Assembly (NCBI GenBank): GCA_964512855.1 | Contig: CAZELD010000001.1 | Coordinates: forward strand, 343 to 64,342 | Origin: an uncultured Muribaculum sp. | Lineage (GTDB): Bacteria; Bacteroidota; Bacteroidia; Bacteroidales; Muribaculaceae | DNA: 64,000 nucleotides | Direction: 5' to 3' | Part shown: piece by piece, positions 37,197-46,824 of the stretch | Position numbering within the stretch: the stretch's first letter is position 1 | Layout: each line of letters begins with the position of its first letter | Made by a program: the position numbers and the translations under genes | Notes under the pieces: model-generated | Seen by the model: only the letters and a program-made list of their open reading frames with translations | Told to the model about the DNA's origin: nothing | Database searches by the model: none

Positions 37197-39107
37197 TTAG
37201 AATATTACCTTAGAGGTTCTTACTGCCCCGTCGGTATAATGATTGGTCACAATATAAAGTCCGTTGGCGGGTTCTTTCACTGATATGCCGTCGAGTGAAT
37301 GGTATTCCGTCTTTACCGGCTTTTGGAGTTCGGCCACATTAGTGATTGATGAATCGTCACTGCTGTCCATTGCGTATCCGTGTATGGTTATGTCTGACAG
37401 GCATAAGGTTTTTCCGGTTGCGGTGCCATTATACCAGGGATAGAAGCGTAAACGCAACGCTTGTCCGCTTTCAAGCGACACCACAGGCGTCTCCTTTATG
37501 TACTGCATACTGTTTGCTGGCAACTTGGTTTGATTATAGATTAACTGAGGATTGGCAAAATCTTCATCAATGGAATAATAGACTTTTACGCACATTCCAT
37601 TTCCTCCGCATCCGCACAGGAAAAGACTTATCTCATCGATTTTCAATGTGGTGTTCTCCATGGCTTTCACTCCGAATTCAATGTATCGTGTGCTCACTTC
37701 GTCAATCTCTCCTGTGGGCCATACTTCCCCTTCAATAAGATTGCGCTGCGTTTTGCGAGTTGCTTCATAGCCTGTCCATTCCGGCCATGTTGTGTTGGCG
37801 TTGGGGTTGGAATAACGCTGTATCACCATTCCTTGGAATGACTGGGGAATGTATTCAATCGGACTGCTGGTTGTACAAGCGTTATCACTCTCCAATCGCC
37901 AATACGCGCTTACTTCCTGGCCGCCTGAAAGTGTTACTGCTGTTGCTGTGACGGGGATTTCCGACTTCTTTCCTCCGGCTTCTATAGTTACTGTTTCACG
38001 GATCTCTCCTTCATCCTCTAAAGGCATTGCCACATAGAATCGTTCGATTACGGTGCCACCTTCGTAAGGAATCTCCAATGACGAACTCCAATTAATATTG
38101 TCGCTTGATAACTGTAATTTTCCCGAAGCGGTCAGTGTTACGTTTCCTGCGGCGGGGACAAGGTCAAATCCGCTGAGCATAAATTCCTTTGTCATGGTTT
38201 GTCCTTTGTAGCCGGCGCCAAGGTCAGCGTCGGCCGGTGTCACGCTAAGTTCGCTGGTCAAACTCACATATTCCGACATCAAGCCAGCTTCTTTGCATAA
38301 TTGAGCGAATCGGCGCGCTATGAGCGCTGCTCCGGAGGCGCTCAAATGGGTCGATCCGTCGCCATCGCTTAGGATCGCCATGCAATCCTTTTCTCCATAA
38401 TTCAGATACAGGTCTGCTGTCGCTGTTGTAAGATCGACAAACGGCACATCCATCTCTTTAGCAACTTCCTGCATCTGATAAACATAGTCCATAGAGTGAT
38501 CGTCAGCGTCTACCTTCTGTCCGGTAGATACGCCGTCTGACGACAGCACAGAGAATGAATCTCCGAGGTCATGGCGTCCGTTGCGGCGGATAGCTGTTGT
38601 TCCTGAAAAGTACATTCGGCATATCGCTCCACACAGAATAGGCGTACATCCTGCCTCACGTGTTTCTGTCACATATTTGCGAAGATATTCTTTATAGGTC
38701 GTTGTGGGTACTGTGCCTCGGTAGTCGACTGCGGCCGCGCTCTCTGTATCTCCTATTGTGGTGTAGTAATTTTTCAGTTCTGTCCCGTCCATTCCCTGAT
38801 TCTTCTCATCGTTATGAGCGAATTGGATCACTACATAATCTCCGGGTGAGAGTTGCTTTTTCACAGATGCCCAAAAGGCGGTCTCCTCGTAAAAGCTTTT
38901 ACTCGAAGCTCCCGCTTTTCCTCGGTTGTTCACTTCGATGCCGTCAAAGAACTGTTGCAGATATTGACCCCATCCGCGGGTTACAGTTTTTGACTCATCG
39001 TAGGTCTGCATTGTGCTGTCGCCGATAGTGTGGACTTTTTTTGTTGCTGTTGCGCCGATTGGCGCTCCCAACATCGCTGCGACGATAATTGAATTTAAAA
39101 TTTTCAT
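37197..39107 (-). CDS. SGNH/GDSL esterase (CE12, rhamnogalacturonan-acetylesterase-like) with CBM-like domains and T9SS C-terminal sorting domain
   Basis: Signal peptide; TIGDSTM, GWG, NRGKAGAS and FAHND blocks; middle Ig/CBM-like regions; C-terminus reads YHSLDGISVKEPANGLYIV...SKVIF. Confidence 0.7.
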   Translation of the reverse strand: MKILNSIIVAAMLGAPIGATATKKVHTIGDSTMQTYDESKTVTRGWGQYLQQFFDGIEVNNRGKAGASSKSFYEETAFWASVKKQLSPGDYVVIQFAHNDEKNQGMDGTELKNYYTTIGDTESAAAVDYRGTVPTTTYKEYLRKYVTETREAGCTPILCGAICRMYFSGTTAIRRNGRHDLGDSFSVLSSDGVSTGQKVDADDHSMDYVYQMQEVAKEMDVPFVDLTTATADLYLNYGEKDCMAILSDGDGSTHLSASGAALIARRFAQLCKEAGLMSEYVSLTSELSVTPADADLGAGYKGQTMTKEFMLSGFDLVPAAGNVTLTASGKLQLSSDNINWSSSLEIPYEGGTVIERFYVAMPLEDEGEIRETVTIEAGGKKSEIPVTATAVTLSGGQEVSAYWRLESDNACTTSSPIEYIPQSFQGMVIQRYSNPNANTTWPEWTGYEATRKTQRNLIEGEVWPTGEIDEVSTRYIEFGVKAMENTTLKIDEISLFLCGCGGNGMCVKVYYSIDEDFANPQLIYNQTKLPANSMQYIKETPVVSLESGQALRLRFYPWYNGTATGKTLCLSDITIHGYAMDSSDDSSITNVAELQKPVKTEYHSLDGISVKEPANGLYIVTNHYTDGAVRTSKVIF

Positions 39108-39118
39108 GGAAAAGTTTT

Positions 39119-39146
39119 TTACCGTGTTAAATCATGAATTACCGTG
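39119..39146. repeat. direct repeat TTACCGTG x2, spaced 20 bp
   Basis: The 8-mer occurs at 39119-39126 and 39139-39146, between the esterase -7 box and its start codon. Confidence 0.55.
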
Positions 39147-39149
39147 ATG

Positions 39150-39157
39150 CAAAATTA
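39150..39157 (-). promoter_or_regulatory. -7 promoter box (TAATTTTG on minus strand)
   Basis: TAnnTTTG, 42 nt upstream of the esterase ATG at 39107. Confidence 0.5.
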
Positions 39158-39353
39158 TTCCGTAACGAGGAAAATAAAGGGTAAAAACGATTCAATTTGG
39201 TGGTAAAATTGTGTCAAAACGGCTCTTATCGTGTGTTTTGGGACGATTATCGCTGAAATGTCACTTTGATTAACTTTATTAACAAAAATGTTCAAAACGT
39301 GCTAATTTTAAATTTTTATTTAGCATAATCTTCCATTTTTACATATTATTGAA

Positions 39354-39361
39354 TATATTTG
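39354..39361 (+). promoter_or_regulatory. -7 promoter box TATATTTG
   Basis: TAnnTTTG, 43 nt upstream of the phosphatase ATG at 39405. Confidence 0.55.
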
Positions 39362-39404
39362 CAGAATAGATTCAACCGATCATTAATTAATTACATTATT
39401 TATC

Positions 39405-40724
39405 ATGACATTAGCAAGTGCATCACAATCTATTCTGTGTTTTATTGCATTGGCTTTTTCGACTAATGCCGTTGCGGTGGGAAATGTTGAGAACATGGTC
39501 GATCCATATCAGGCCGGGAGCCAATATCTCGCTTATCCGCGACCCGCTTACGGGCTGCCAGAGCTGAGCAAAGCTCCTGAGGGGTATGTCCCTTTCCATA
39601 TTGAGCATTACGGCCGTCATGGAAGCCGTTGGCTGCTTTCTGACGATAAGTATGACCGCCCGGTGAATTATCTTGAAAAAGCTAAGACATACGGTAAGCT
39701 CACTCCGCGAGGGGAGCAGTTGCTTGAACAGCTTACCGTGATCCGAGACGCGTCACGCGGGCGTATCGGCGAGCTTACACCGTTGGGGCATCGTCAGCAT
39801 CGTGACATAGCGCGTCGAATGACCGAGAATTTCCCCGAAATTTTTAAGCCGGGCACACATGTCGACGCGAAGTCAACAGTAGTCATAAGGTGTATTCTTT
39901 CAATGGCCAATGAGGTGGCTGAGTTGGAGAAAATATGTCCGGAGTTGATAATCACTTGCGACGCTTCACGCACAACCCAAAAAATACTCGCTTACAACAG
40001 CACCGACACCGTGGCCCGCAAGCTCGGTGATGACGCCGAAGTGATTGCCGAAGAGTGGGCGAAGCCGCATCGAGATTATTCAGCGTTTATCTCCAAAATA
40101 TTCAACGACCCGAAATTTGTGACCGACAGCCTCGACGAATATAAGATGTTCAAAGGGGTTTTCGACATCGCTGTAAACACTCAGAGCCATGATGATCAGC
40201 CCGATCTCTATGATGTGTTCACTCCCGAGGAGCTTCACAAGGAATGGCTTTATCGCAACGCTGACTGGTATGTGTCGGCGGCCAACACTTCAATAACCAA
40301 CAACCGGGTGCCTTACAATCAGCGCGTGCTGTTGCGCAATATCATAGAATCGGCCGACACGGCCATGACTTCAGAGCGTCTTAGCGCTAATCTTCGATTC
40401 GGACACGAATCGATAGTGTTGCCGCTCACCATACTTATGGAGCTTAACAACAGCGCGTATGACACTGACAATCTCGATGAGATAGCCTCCAATTGGCGCA
40501 ATTACGAGATATTCCCGATGGGAAGCAACATACAGATTATTTTTTATCGCCCGCAAGAAAAACCATCCCTCACTCAAGATGACGTGCTTGTGAAAGTTAT
40601 GCTCAATGAGGCTGAGGCAAAGCTTCCGGTGGAGCCTGTTTCAGGGTGCTATTACCGATGGAAGGATCTCAGGGATTACTATATGGCAAAGCTTGACGGA
40701 TTTTCAACGAAGTTTGCCGAATAA
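39405..40724 (+). CDS. secreted histidine phosphatase, branch 2 (histidine acid phosphatase / MINPP-like)
   Basis: Signal peptide (ALAFSTNAVAVG), catalytic EHYGRHGSRWL (RHGxRx-type) and a downstream FGHES motif. Confidence 0.8.
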   Translation: MTLASASQSILCFIALAFSTNAVAVGNVENMVDPYQAGSQYLAYPRPAYGLPELSKAPEGYVPFHIEHYGRHGSRWLLSDDKYDRPVNYLEKAKTYGKLTPRGEQLLEQLTVIRDASRGRIGELTPLGHRQHRDIARRMTENFPEIFKPGTHVDAKSTVVIRCILSMANEVAELEKICPELIITCDASRTTQKILAYNSTDTVARKLGDDAEVIAEEWAKPHRDYSAFISKIFNDPKFVTDSLDEYKMFKGVFDIAVNTQSHDDQPDLYDVFTPEELHKEWLYRNADWYVSAANTSITNNRVPYNQRVLLRNIIESADTAMTSERLSANLRFGHESIVLPLTILMELNNSAYDTDNLDEIASNWRNYEIFPMGSNIQIIFYRPQEKPSLTQDDVLVKVMLNEAEAKLPVEPVSGCYYRWKDLRDYYMAKLDGFSTKFAE

Positions 40725-40769
40725 CGCATTAACGCTATGTTTTTCAACCAATAATTATCACAGTTTTTT

Positions 40770-43700
40770 ATGAAGAACAAATTTTTCACATTTATTAAGA
40801 ATGGGGGGTGTTTTGCGCGCCTTCTCGTTCTGGTTGTTTGTGCGATAGCTGCTATTGACGCTTCAGCGCAAGCGCGAAATATCACCGGTACAGTCACCGA
40901 CCAGGATGGTGAACCGATGCCCGGTGTTTCGGTTATCGTGAAAGGTACCGCCAACGGTATCGCCACAGATATTGACGGCCGCTATGCTATAAAAGCCACT
41001 GCCGGAGCTGTGCTCGACTTCACTTATATCGGCTACAAACCGCAGAGTGTGACGGTAGGTAGCAAATCGGTCATTAATGTTACGCTGGAAGAGGATTCTG
41101 AGAAGCTTGATGAAGTCGTAGTGATCGCTTACGGCACACAGAAGAAATCGTCAGTTACCGGAGCCATTTCGCAAGTAAACTCGAAAGACATTGAAATGCG
41201 TCCCGTATCAAGCGTTACTTCGGCTCTCGAGGGCGCGTCGTCAGGTATCTCTGTGACAGGAGCAGTGGGACAGCCCGGATCTGACGTGTCGATAAGCATC
41301 CGCGGTATCGGCACAGTGAACGGTAGCAATGATCCTCTTATCGTGCTCGACGGCGTTCCGTACGATGGCAACATTTCAGACATCTCGCCCGACGATATCG
41401 AGTCGATTTCAGTGTTGAAAGATGCCGCATCATGCGCCCTGTATGGTAATCGCGCGTCAAATGGTGTGCTTCTCCTCACTACTAAAAAGGCAAAGTCATC
41501 CAAGCCTACTTTCACGTTCAAGACAACTCAAGGATGGTATGAGCGCGGACAAAAAGACTATAAGACCGTCAACCCTTATCAGTTCATGGAAGTTGAGTAT
41601 GCCAATATGTATAACAACTACATCAGCGCCAACGGTCTTGACCGTACTGATGCTGCCGATCAGGCGGCTGCTCGTCAGTACACTCTCGAAAACCTCATTG
41701 AACGCACGAAAATCAATATTTTCAATATGCCATTTGAGGATATGTTCAACCCGAACGGCACCCTTGTCGACGGTGTGAGCGTCAATCCTCTTTATGGTGA
41801 AGACCTTGACTGGTATGACCAAAGCATACGCCGCGGCTATCGCGCTGAATATGCGTTTGCCGGTTCCGGGTCTACTGATCGCAGTGACTACTATTTCTCT
41901 GTAAACCATTTGAAAGAAAACGGTTACACGAAGGATGCCAGCTTTGAACGCACCAATGGACGCGCGTCGGTGAACATTCGTCCTCGCAACTGGTTCAAAG
42001 CCGGTCTTCAAGTCAACGCTTCTCATCAGAAGTCAAACAACTCGGCCGGCGACCAGACAGGTGACGATTCAAGTTCAACCACCAACCCGTTCTACTTCTA
42101 CCGTGTCATCGCTCCTATCTATCCGGTACACCTTCATGACATCAACACCGGCGAATATATTCTCGATGAGGATGGCAAAAAGCAATATGATCCGGGTTAT
42201 TACGACGCAATCGACGATTATGGCAACATTACAGAAATCACCACCCGCGACCAGCTTGCCGCCAATCACTCTATCTGGGAGGGCGAGATGAACCACGACC
42301 GCAAAATCCGCAACACTACCAATTCGACAGCTTATGCTGACATCATCCTTCCTTACGGGTTCACTGCTACCGTAAAAGGCAACCTCAGCACCCGCAACCA
42401 GGAATCCACAAGCTACGGTTCATCGGTAATAGGCGGCTCAGCAAAGGGTACCAACGGTAAGCTCTCCAAGACGATTTACAACTATAAGACATGGACCTTC
42501 CAACAGCAAATCAACTGGAACCACACTTACGGCAATAGCTATATCAATGTGCTCCTCGGCCATGAGAATTATTCATATCACCGCGACTATACTTACGGCC
42601 GCAAGACTGATGTGAACCTCGAAGGCCTTGAGGCGTTGAGCAACTTCAACACGATCTCCGACCTCACCGGATATCGTGACCGCTATCGCACCGAATCTTA
42701 TCTCGGACGTGTACAGTATACCTACAATGACCGCTACAATATCGAAGGGTCTTTCCGTCGTGACGGTTCTTCTCGTTTCAGCAAGAATTCACGTTGGGGT
42801 AACTTCGGGTCAGTCGGCGCCAACTGGCTGTTCACAGGCGAAGAGTTTATGAAAGGCCAAACTTGGATCACCGATGGTAAGCTCCGCGCCAACTGGGGTC
42901 AAGTGGGTAATGACGCAGGTGCGTCATACTACGCATACTATAACACTTACGAACCAACCACAAAGGGAGGTTATGCCGCTTACTATATCAACCAGATAGG
43001 TAATCCTGATTTGAAGTGGGAAACCGGAGAATCATGGGGCGTTGCTCTCGAAGGCCGTTTGTTCAACCGCTGGAATCTCAGCGTTGAATACTACGACAAG
43101 CGCAACAAAGACCTTCTCTTCGACGTTTACAACCCCATTTCAGCCGGCGGCACAAGCACGAGCACCGCAACCAGCACCATCACCAAGAACCTTGGAACTA
43201 TCTCCAACCGCGGCATCGAAATCAACACTGACGTCAACATCTTCACTAACCGCGACTGGATTGTGAACATCGCCGCCAACCTTACCACCCTTAAGAACAA
43301 GATTGTCAAGCTCCCCGAGCAGAACAAGGATGGCATCATCTCAGGTTCTCAGAAGATTGTGGAGGGTAAGAGCCGCTATGAATGGTACACCTACCACTGG
43401 GCCGGTGTGGACATGATGGACGGTATGAGCCTCTATGACGCTGATCTTGAAGACTACCACATTGTTGCTGACGATGGAAGCATTATAGGAGGTACATACG
43501 AAAACGGTGAACTCATTTCCTCTGAACTTGATGCCGACGACTATAAGCTTATCAATGGTAAATATTACGTAAACAACACTACCTATGCCAAGCGCGACTG
43601 GCGTGGACAGGCGATGCCTAAGGTTTTCGGTTCTGTAACAGGAAATGTTTCTTACAAGAACTTCAGCCTGTCAGTGATGATGACCTACTCGTTTGGCGGT

Positions 43701-44132
43701 AAGATTCTTGACTCCGGTTACTACTCATTGCTGTCGGTGGATTCAAAAAATGTGCGCAACTACCATGTTGATATTCTCAACTCTTGGAACGGCGCTCCCG
43801 AAGGGATGACCGCTGATTCTCCCGATCGAATCAACCGTTCAATCAATCCGATTATCAACTATGCCGAGGAATACAATACTGTGACATCTGACCGCTTCTT
43901 GACAAGCCGCGACTATATTTGCTTGAAGAACATCAACTTCTCTTACCGCTTGCCGAAGTCGGTTTTGCGTCCGCTGACTCTCACCTCCGCCCAGGTGTTC
44001 TTCACTGCTGAGAACGTCTACACCCACACCAAGCGTCAGGGTATGCCTGTTTCACAGTACATGAGCGGATATGTGTACAATATGATGCCTCTTCCCCGTG
44101 TTTACACATTTGGTCTTAACGTATCATTCTAA
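40770..44132 (+). CDS. susC: SusC/RagA-family TonB-dependent outer-membrane transporter
   Basis: Carboxypeptidase-regulatory-like N-domain (ITGTVTDQDGEPMPGVSVIVKGT), plug region (VVVIAYGTQKKSSVTGAIS), 1120 aa, C-terminal TFGLNVSF. Confidence 0.93.
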   Translation: MKNKFFTFIKNGGCFARLLVLVVCAIAAIDASAQARNITGTVTDQDGEPMPGVSVIVKGTANGIATDIDGRYAIKATAGAVLDFTYIGYKPQSVTVGSKSVINVTLEEDSEKLDEVVVIAYGTQKKSSVTGAISQVNSKDIEMRPVSSVTSALEGASSGISVTGAVGQPGSDVSISIRGIGTVNGSNDPLIVLDGVPYDGNISDISPDDIESISVLKDAASCALYGNRASNGVLLLTTKKAKSSKPTFTFKTTQGWYERGQKDYKTVNPYQFMEVEYANMYNNYISANGLDRTDAADQAAARQYTLENLIERTKINIFNMPFEDMFNPNGTLVDGVSVNPLYGEDLDWYDQSIRRGYRAEYAFAGSGSTDRSDYYFSVNHLKENGYTKDASFERTNGRASVNIRPRNWFKAGLQVNASHQKSNNSAGDQTGDDSSSTTNPFYFYRVIAPIYPVHLHDINTGEYILDEDGKKQYDPGYYDAIDDYGNITEITTRDQLAANHSIWEGEMNHDRKIRNTTNSTAYADIILPYGFTATVKGNLSTRNQESTSYGSSVIGGSAKGTNGKLSKTIYNYKTWTFQQQINWNHTYGNSYINVLLGHENYSYHRDYTYGRKTDVNLEGLEALSNFNTISDLTGYRDRYRTESYLGRVQYTYNDRYNIEGSFRRDGSSRFSKNSRWGNFGSVGANWLFTGEEFMKGQTWITDGKLRANWGQVGNDAGASYYAYYNTYEPTTKGGYAAYYINQIGNPDLKWETGESWGVALEGRLFNRWNLSVEYYDKRNKDLLFDVYNPISAGGTSTSTATSTITKNLGTISNRGIEINTDVNIFTNRDWIVNIAANLTTLKNKIVKLPEQNKDGIISGSQKIVEGKSRYEWYTYHWAGVDMMDGMSLYDADLEDYHIVADDGSIIGGTYENGELISSELDADDYKLINGKYYVNNTTYAKRDWRGQAMPKVFGSVTGNVSYKNFSLSVMMTYSFGGKILDSGYYSLLSVDSKNVRNYHVDILNSWNGAPEGMTADSPDRINRSINPIINYAEEYNTVTSDRFLTSRDYICLKNINFSYRLPKSVLRPLTLTSAQVFFTAENVYTHTKRQGMPVSQYMSGYVYNMMPLPRVYTFGLNVSF

Positions 44133-44147
44133 TAAATCTGAATCTAT

Positions 44148-45770
44148 ATGAATAATAAAATATTAGCATCAATCTTCGCTCTCGGAGCGCTGTCGTTGGC
44201 CGGATGCTCCGATGATTACTTGGATGTGGCTCCCGAGGGTGATGTAGCGACACCGTCGATATTTGCTTCCACCGATATGCTTGACGGCGCGGTAAATGGT
44301 CTTAGCGCGATTATGTCGGAAGAGTACTCTTCCAGCGGTTTCGGCCGCCAGGGCTACAATGGCGAGGCCACCATCTCGCTATGGTATGGTTCTTACCGCA
44401 GCGCCGACGCTCAGTACAGCAACGCCACAAGTTACCTCGACATCATCAATTCAAATTATAACGAAAGTGGCACCAGTGGGGCAGTTTACTTCCCGTGGTA
44501 TTATTACTATAAACTTATTGCCGGCGCTAACGCCGTGATAATTAATGGCGACGATACTCCCGGCGAGCAAGAGGAGCGTGACTTCTATGTGGCTCAAGCT
44601 CTCGTTTACCGCGCTCATGCCTATACCCAGCTTGTAGCTCTTTACAGTAAGCGTTGGGTTGATTCCCGCAATGGCGCGAGCCGCGGTGTGCCCTTGCGTC
44701 TTGACACTGAAACCGGCGATATAGCTTGCGCTTCACTCGCTCAGGTTTATGACCAGATATATAAGGATCTTGATGAGGCTTTGGAACGCTTCTCCAAGTC
44801 GTCTCTTGAGCGTTATTCCGATGAATTGTGGCGTACCGACGCATCTGTTGCCCATGGTGTTTATTCCCGAGCCGCTTTGGCAAAACAGGATTGGCAGACC
44901 GCCGCTACCCATGCCGCTCTCGCTCGTCAAGATTATGACTTGATGTCGGCTGATGACTATTGGGACGGTTTCAATACTCCCAATGACGAATGGATGTGGG
45001 AAACCTATACCGATGAAGTTGAAAATCTCGGCGTTTACGGTTTCTTCGCTTACGTAGGCTCGAACACAGGATCATCGAAAGGTTATAAGAATATCGGTTC
45101 TATTGACAAGGGGCTTATCGAACAGATTCCTTCTACCGACGCTCGTTATGACATATTCATGGTGCCTCAGGATGGAGAGTCGGGCTGGAGCACATCTGAT
45201 TCAGGAAGAGCGACAAAAGGAACTTTTTATGACCGTGTGAAAAAGGAGTATTCGTCTCGTCTTTACAGCGGCACATATATTTACGCTTATATGTCGACCA
45301 AGTTCTTGACGATATCTGACCGCTCAATCGGTTGTGTGCCCATTATGCGCGCCGCCGAGATGATCTACAATGAGGCTGAAGCCCTCTGCATGATCGGCGG
45401 CAACGACACTAAGGTCCAGCAGCTTCTTGAGGAAGCGGTTAAGCCTTATCAGAGCGATTACACCTGCGCTAAGACCGGCGACGATCTTCTGACTGAAGTG
45501 AAGCTTTACAAGCGTTTCGACCTTTGGGGTGAAGGACGCCACTATTTCGACGCTAAGCGCTGGAACATAGACAATGTGCGCAAAGGCTGGAGTGAAGGAG
45601 GAAACTGGCACCCGCAGTTGTCCGGTACAGGATCTACCGGCGGTTCTTTCACAACTTCGGGAAAGAACAACTGGTGCTTGTGTATTCCTAATCGTGAAAC
45701 TGACTATAACAAGCTTATCAATTACAATATTGAGCCTGACAACTGGACTGTCGACGGGTCGATTCAGTAA
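44148..45770 (+). CDS. susD: SusD/RagB-family nutrient-binding lipoprotein
   Basis: Lipobox LSLAGCSD, 540 aa, helical, 15 nt after susC. Confidence 0.88.
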   Translation: MNNKILASIFALGALSLAGCSDDYLDVAPEGDVATPSIFASTDMLDGAVNGLSAIMSEEYSSSGFGRQGYNGEATISLWYGSYRSADAQYSNATSYLDIINSNYNESGTSGAVYFPWYYYYKLIAGANAVIINGDDTPGEQEERDFYVAQALVYRAHAYTQLVALYSKRWVDSRNGASRGVPLRLDTETGDIACASLAQVYDQIYKDLDEALERFSKSSLERYSDELWRTDASVAHGVYSRAALAKQDWQTAATHAALARQDYDLMSADDYWDGFNTPNDEWMWETYTDEVENLGVYGFFAYVGSNTGSSKGYKNIGSIDKGLIEQIPSTDARYDIFMVPQDGESGWSTSDSGRATKGTFYDRVKKEYSSRLYSGTYIYAYMSTKFLTISDRSIGCVPIMRAAEMIYNEAEALCMIGGNDTKVQQLLEEAVKPYQSDYTCAKTGDDLLTEVKLYKRFDLWGEGRHYFDAKRWNIDNVRKGWSEGGNWHPQLSGTGSTGGSFTTSGKNNWCLCIPNRETDYNKLINYNIEPDNWTVDGSIQ

Positions 45771-45832
45771 TCGGTCATAAATACAATATGGCTGTGTCAA
45801 GATTGTAAAAAGACACAGAATAAACCCACAAG

Positions 45833-45877
45833 AAACAGAAGATATTTTTATAGTCATATCTTCTGTTTTTTGTTTTC
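45833..45877. terminator. intrinsic (bidirectional) terminator hairpin
   Basis: Perfect 13-bp stem: AAACAGAAGATAT (45833-45845) pairs with ATATCTTCTGTTT (45856-45868), with a 10-nt loop, followed by TTTGTTTTC. It lies between convergent susD and queG. A weaker hairpin is CTGTGTC (45792-45798) with GACACAG (45812-45818). Confidence 0.75.
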
Positions 45878-45900
45878 TTTTAACCGTTTGTATCAAGATA

Positions 45901-46824
45901 TTAATCCATTTTTAGATGGCGCAGATTGCGCAATAGGCCGGCGAGCTTGGCGCGGCGGATGGCCGAGTGGCGGAATATGGAATTAAATCGTTCCGGAGTA
46001 AGCCCGGCGATAGCGTCACGGTCGAGATTGAGAAAAGCCTCGGTAGGAGAAAATTCTTCAATGTCTGTCGGCTTGGCGCCTTGATTATGCGGGCACACCT
46101 CCTGGCATATATCGCAGCCGTAAATATGGTTGCCGAGCGTCGTCCCTTCAGCAAATTCCCCTCGATGTTCTATTGTGAGATAGGAGAGGCATCGGCGCGC
46201 GTCGATAGTGCCGTTGTCAAGAATAGCGTTGCCCGGGCATGTGTTTACGCAAGCCATGCAATCGCCGCAACTTAACCGGCAAGGCTCGTCGGGCTGATAT
46301 CTGAAAGTCGTTATAATCTCTCCTAAAAAGAAACAAGAGCCACAGCCCGGTATTATCAACTGATTGTTGCGGCCGATGAATCCAATCCCCGCTTTCCGCG
46401 CCCAATATCGCTCCCTTAAAGGCGCGGTGTCCACGCATACACGCGTCTCGCCTCCAAACTCTTCGCGCAATAGGGCAGAGAAGCCGTTCAGGCGCGTCTT
46501 TATCACTTCGTGGTAATCTTTACCATAGGAATAGATTGAGAACTCAGGAAGTGATTTATTGCGTTTTTCCGCAGGGTAATAATTGAAGGCGCACACGATT
46601 ATGCTTTTTGCTCCGTCAAGCAACAGCCGCGGATCCTCGCGCACATCATTGTAGCGGTCGAGATAATCCATTCCGGCATTATGCCCGGCGTTGATCCATT
46701 CACGGTATGTCTCAGCGGCATCGGCTTCAACCGGTAGGGCGTCGGCGATACCTACCGCGGTTATTCCGTACGCGCCGGCCAGCTCTCGGAGCGATTCGCT
46801 ACATGGGGATAGGCGCGAACTCAT
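45901..46824 (-). CDS. queG: epoxyqueuosine reductase
   Basis: Two ferredoxin-type motifs, CGDCMACVNTCP and CDICQEVCPHN. 307 aa. Confidence 0.88.
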   Translation of the reverse strand: MSSRLSPCSESLRELAGAYGITAVGIADALPVEADAAETYREWINAGHNAGMDYLDRYNDVREDPRLLLDGAKSIIVCAFNYYPAEKRNKSLPEFSIYSYGKDYHEVIKTRLNGFSALLREEFGGETRVCVDTAPLRERYWARKAGIGFIGRNNQLIIPGCGSCFFLGEIITTFRYQPDEPCRLSCGDCMACVNTCPGNAILDNGTIDARRCLSYLTIEHRGEFAEGTTLGNHIYGCDICQEVCPHNQGAKPTDIEEFSPTEAFLNLDRDAIAGLTPERFNSIFRHSAIRRAKLAGLLRNLRHLKMD

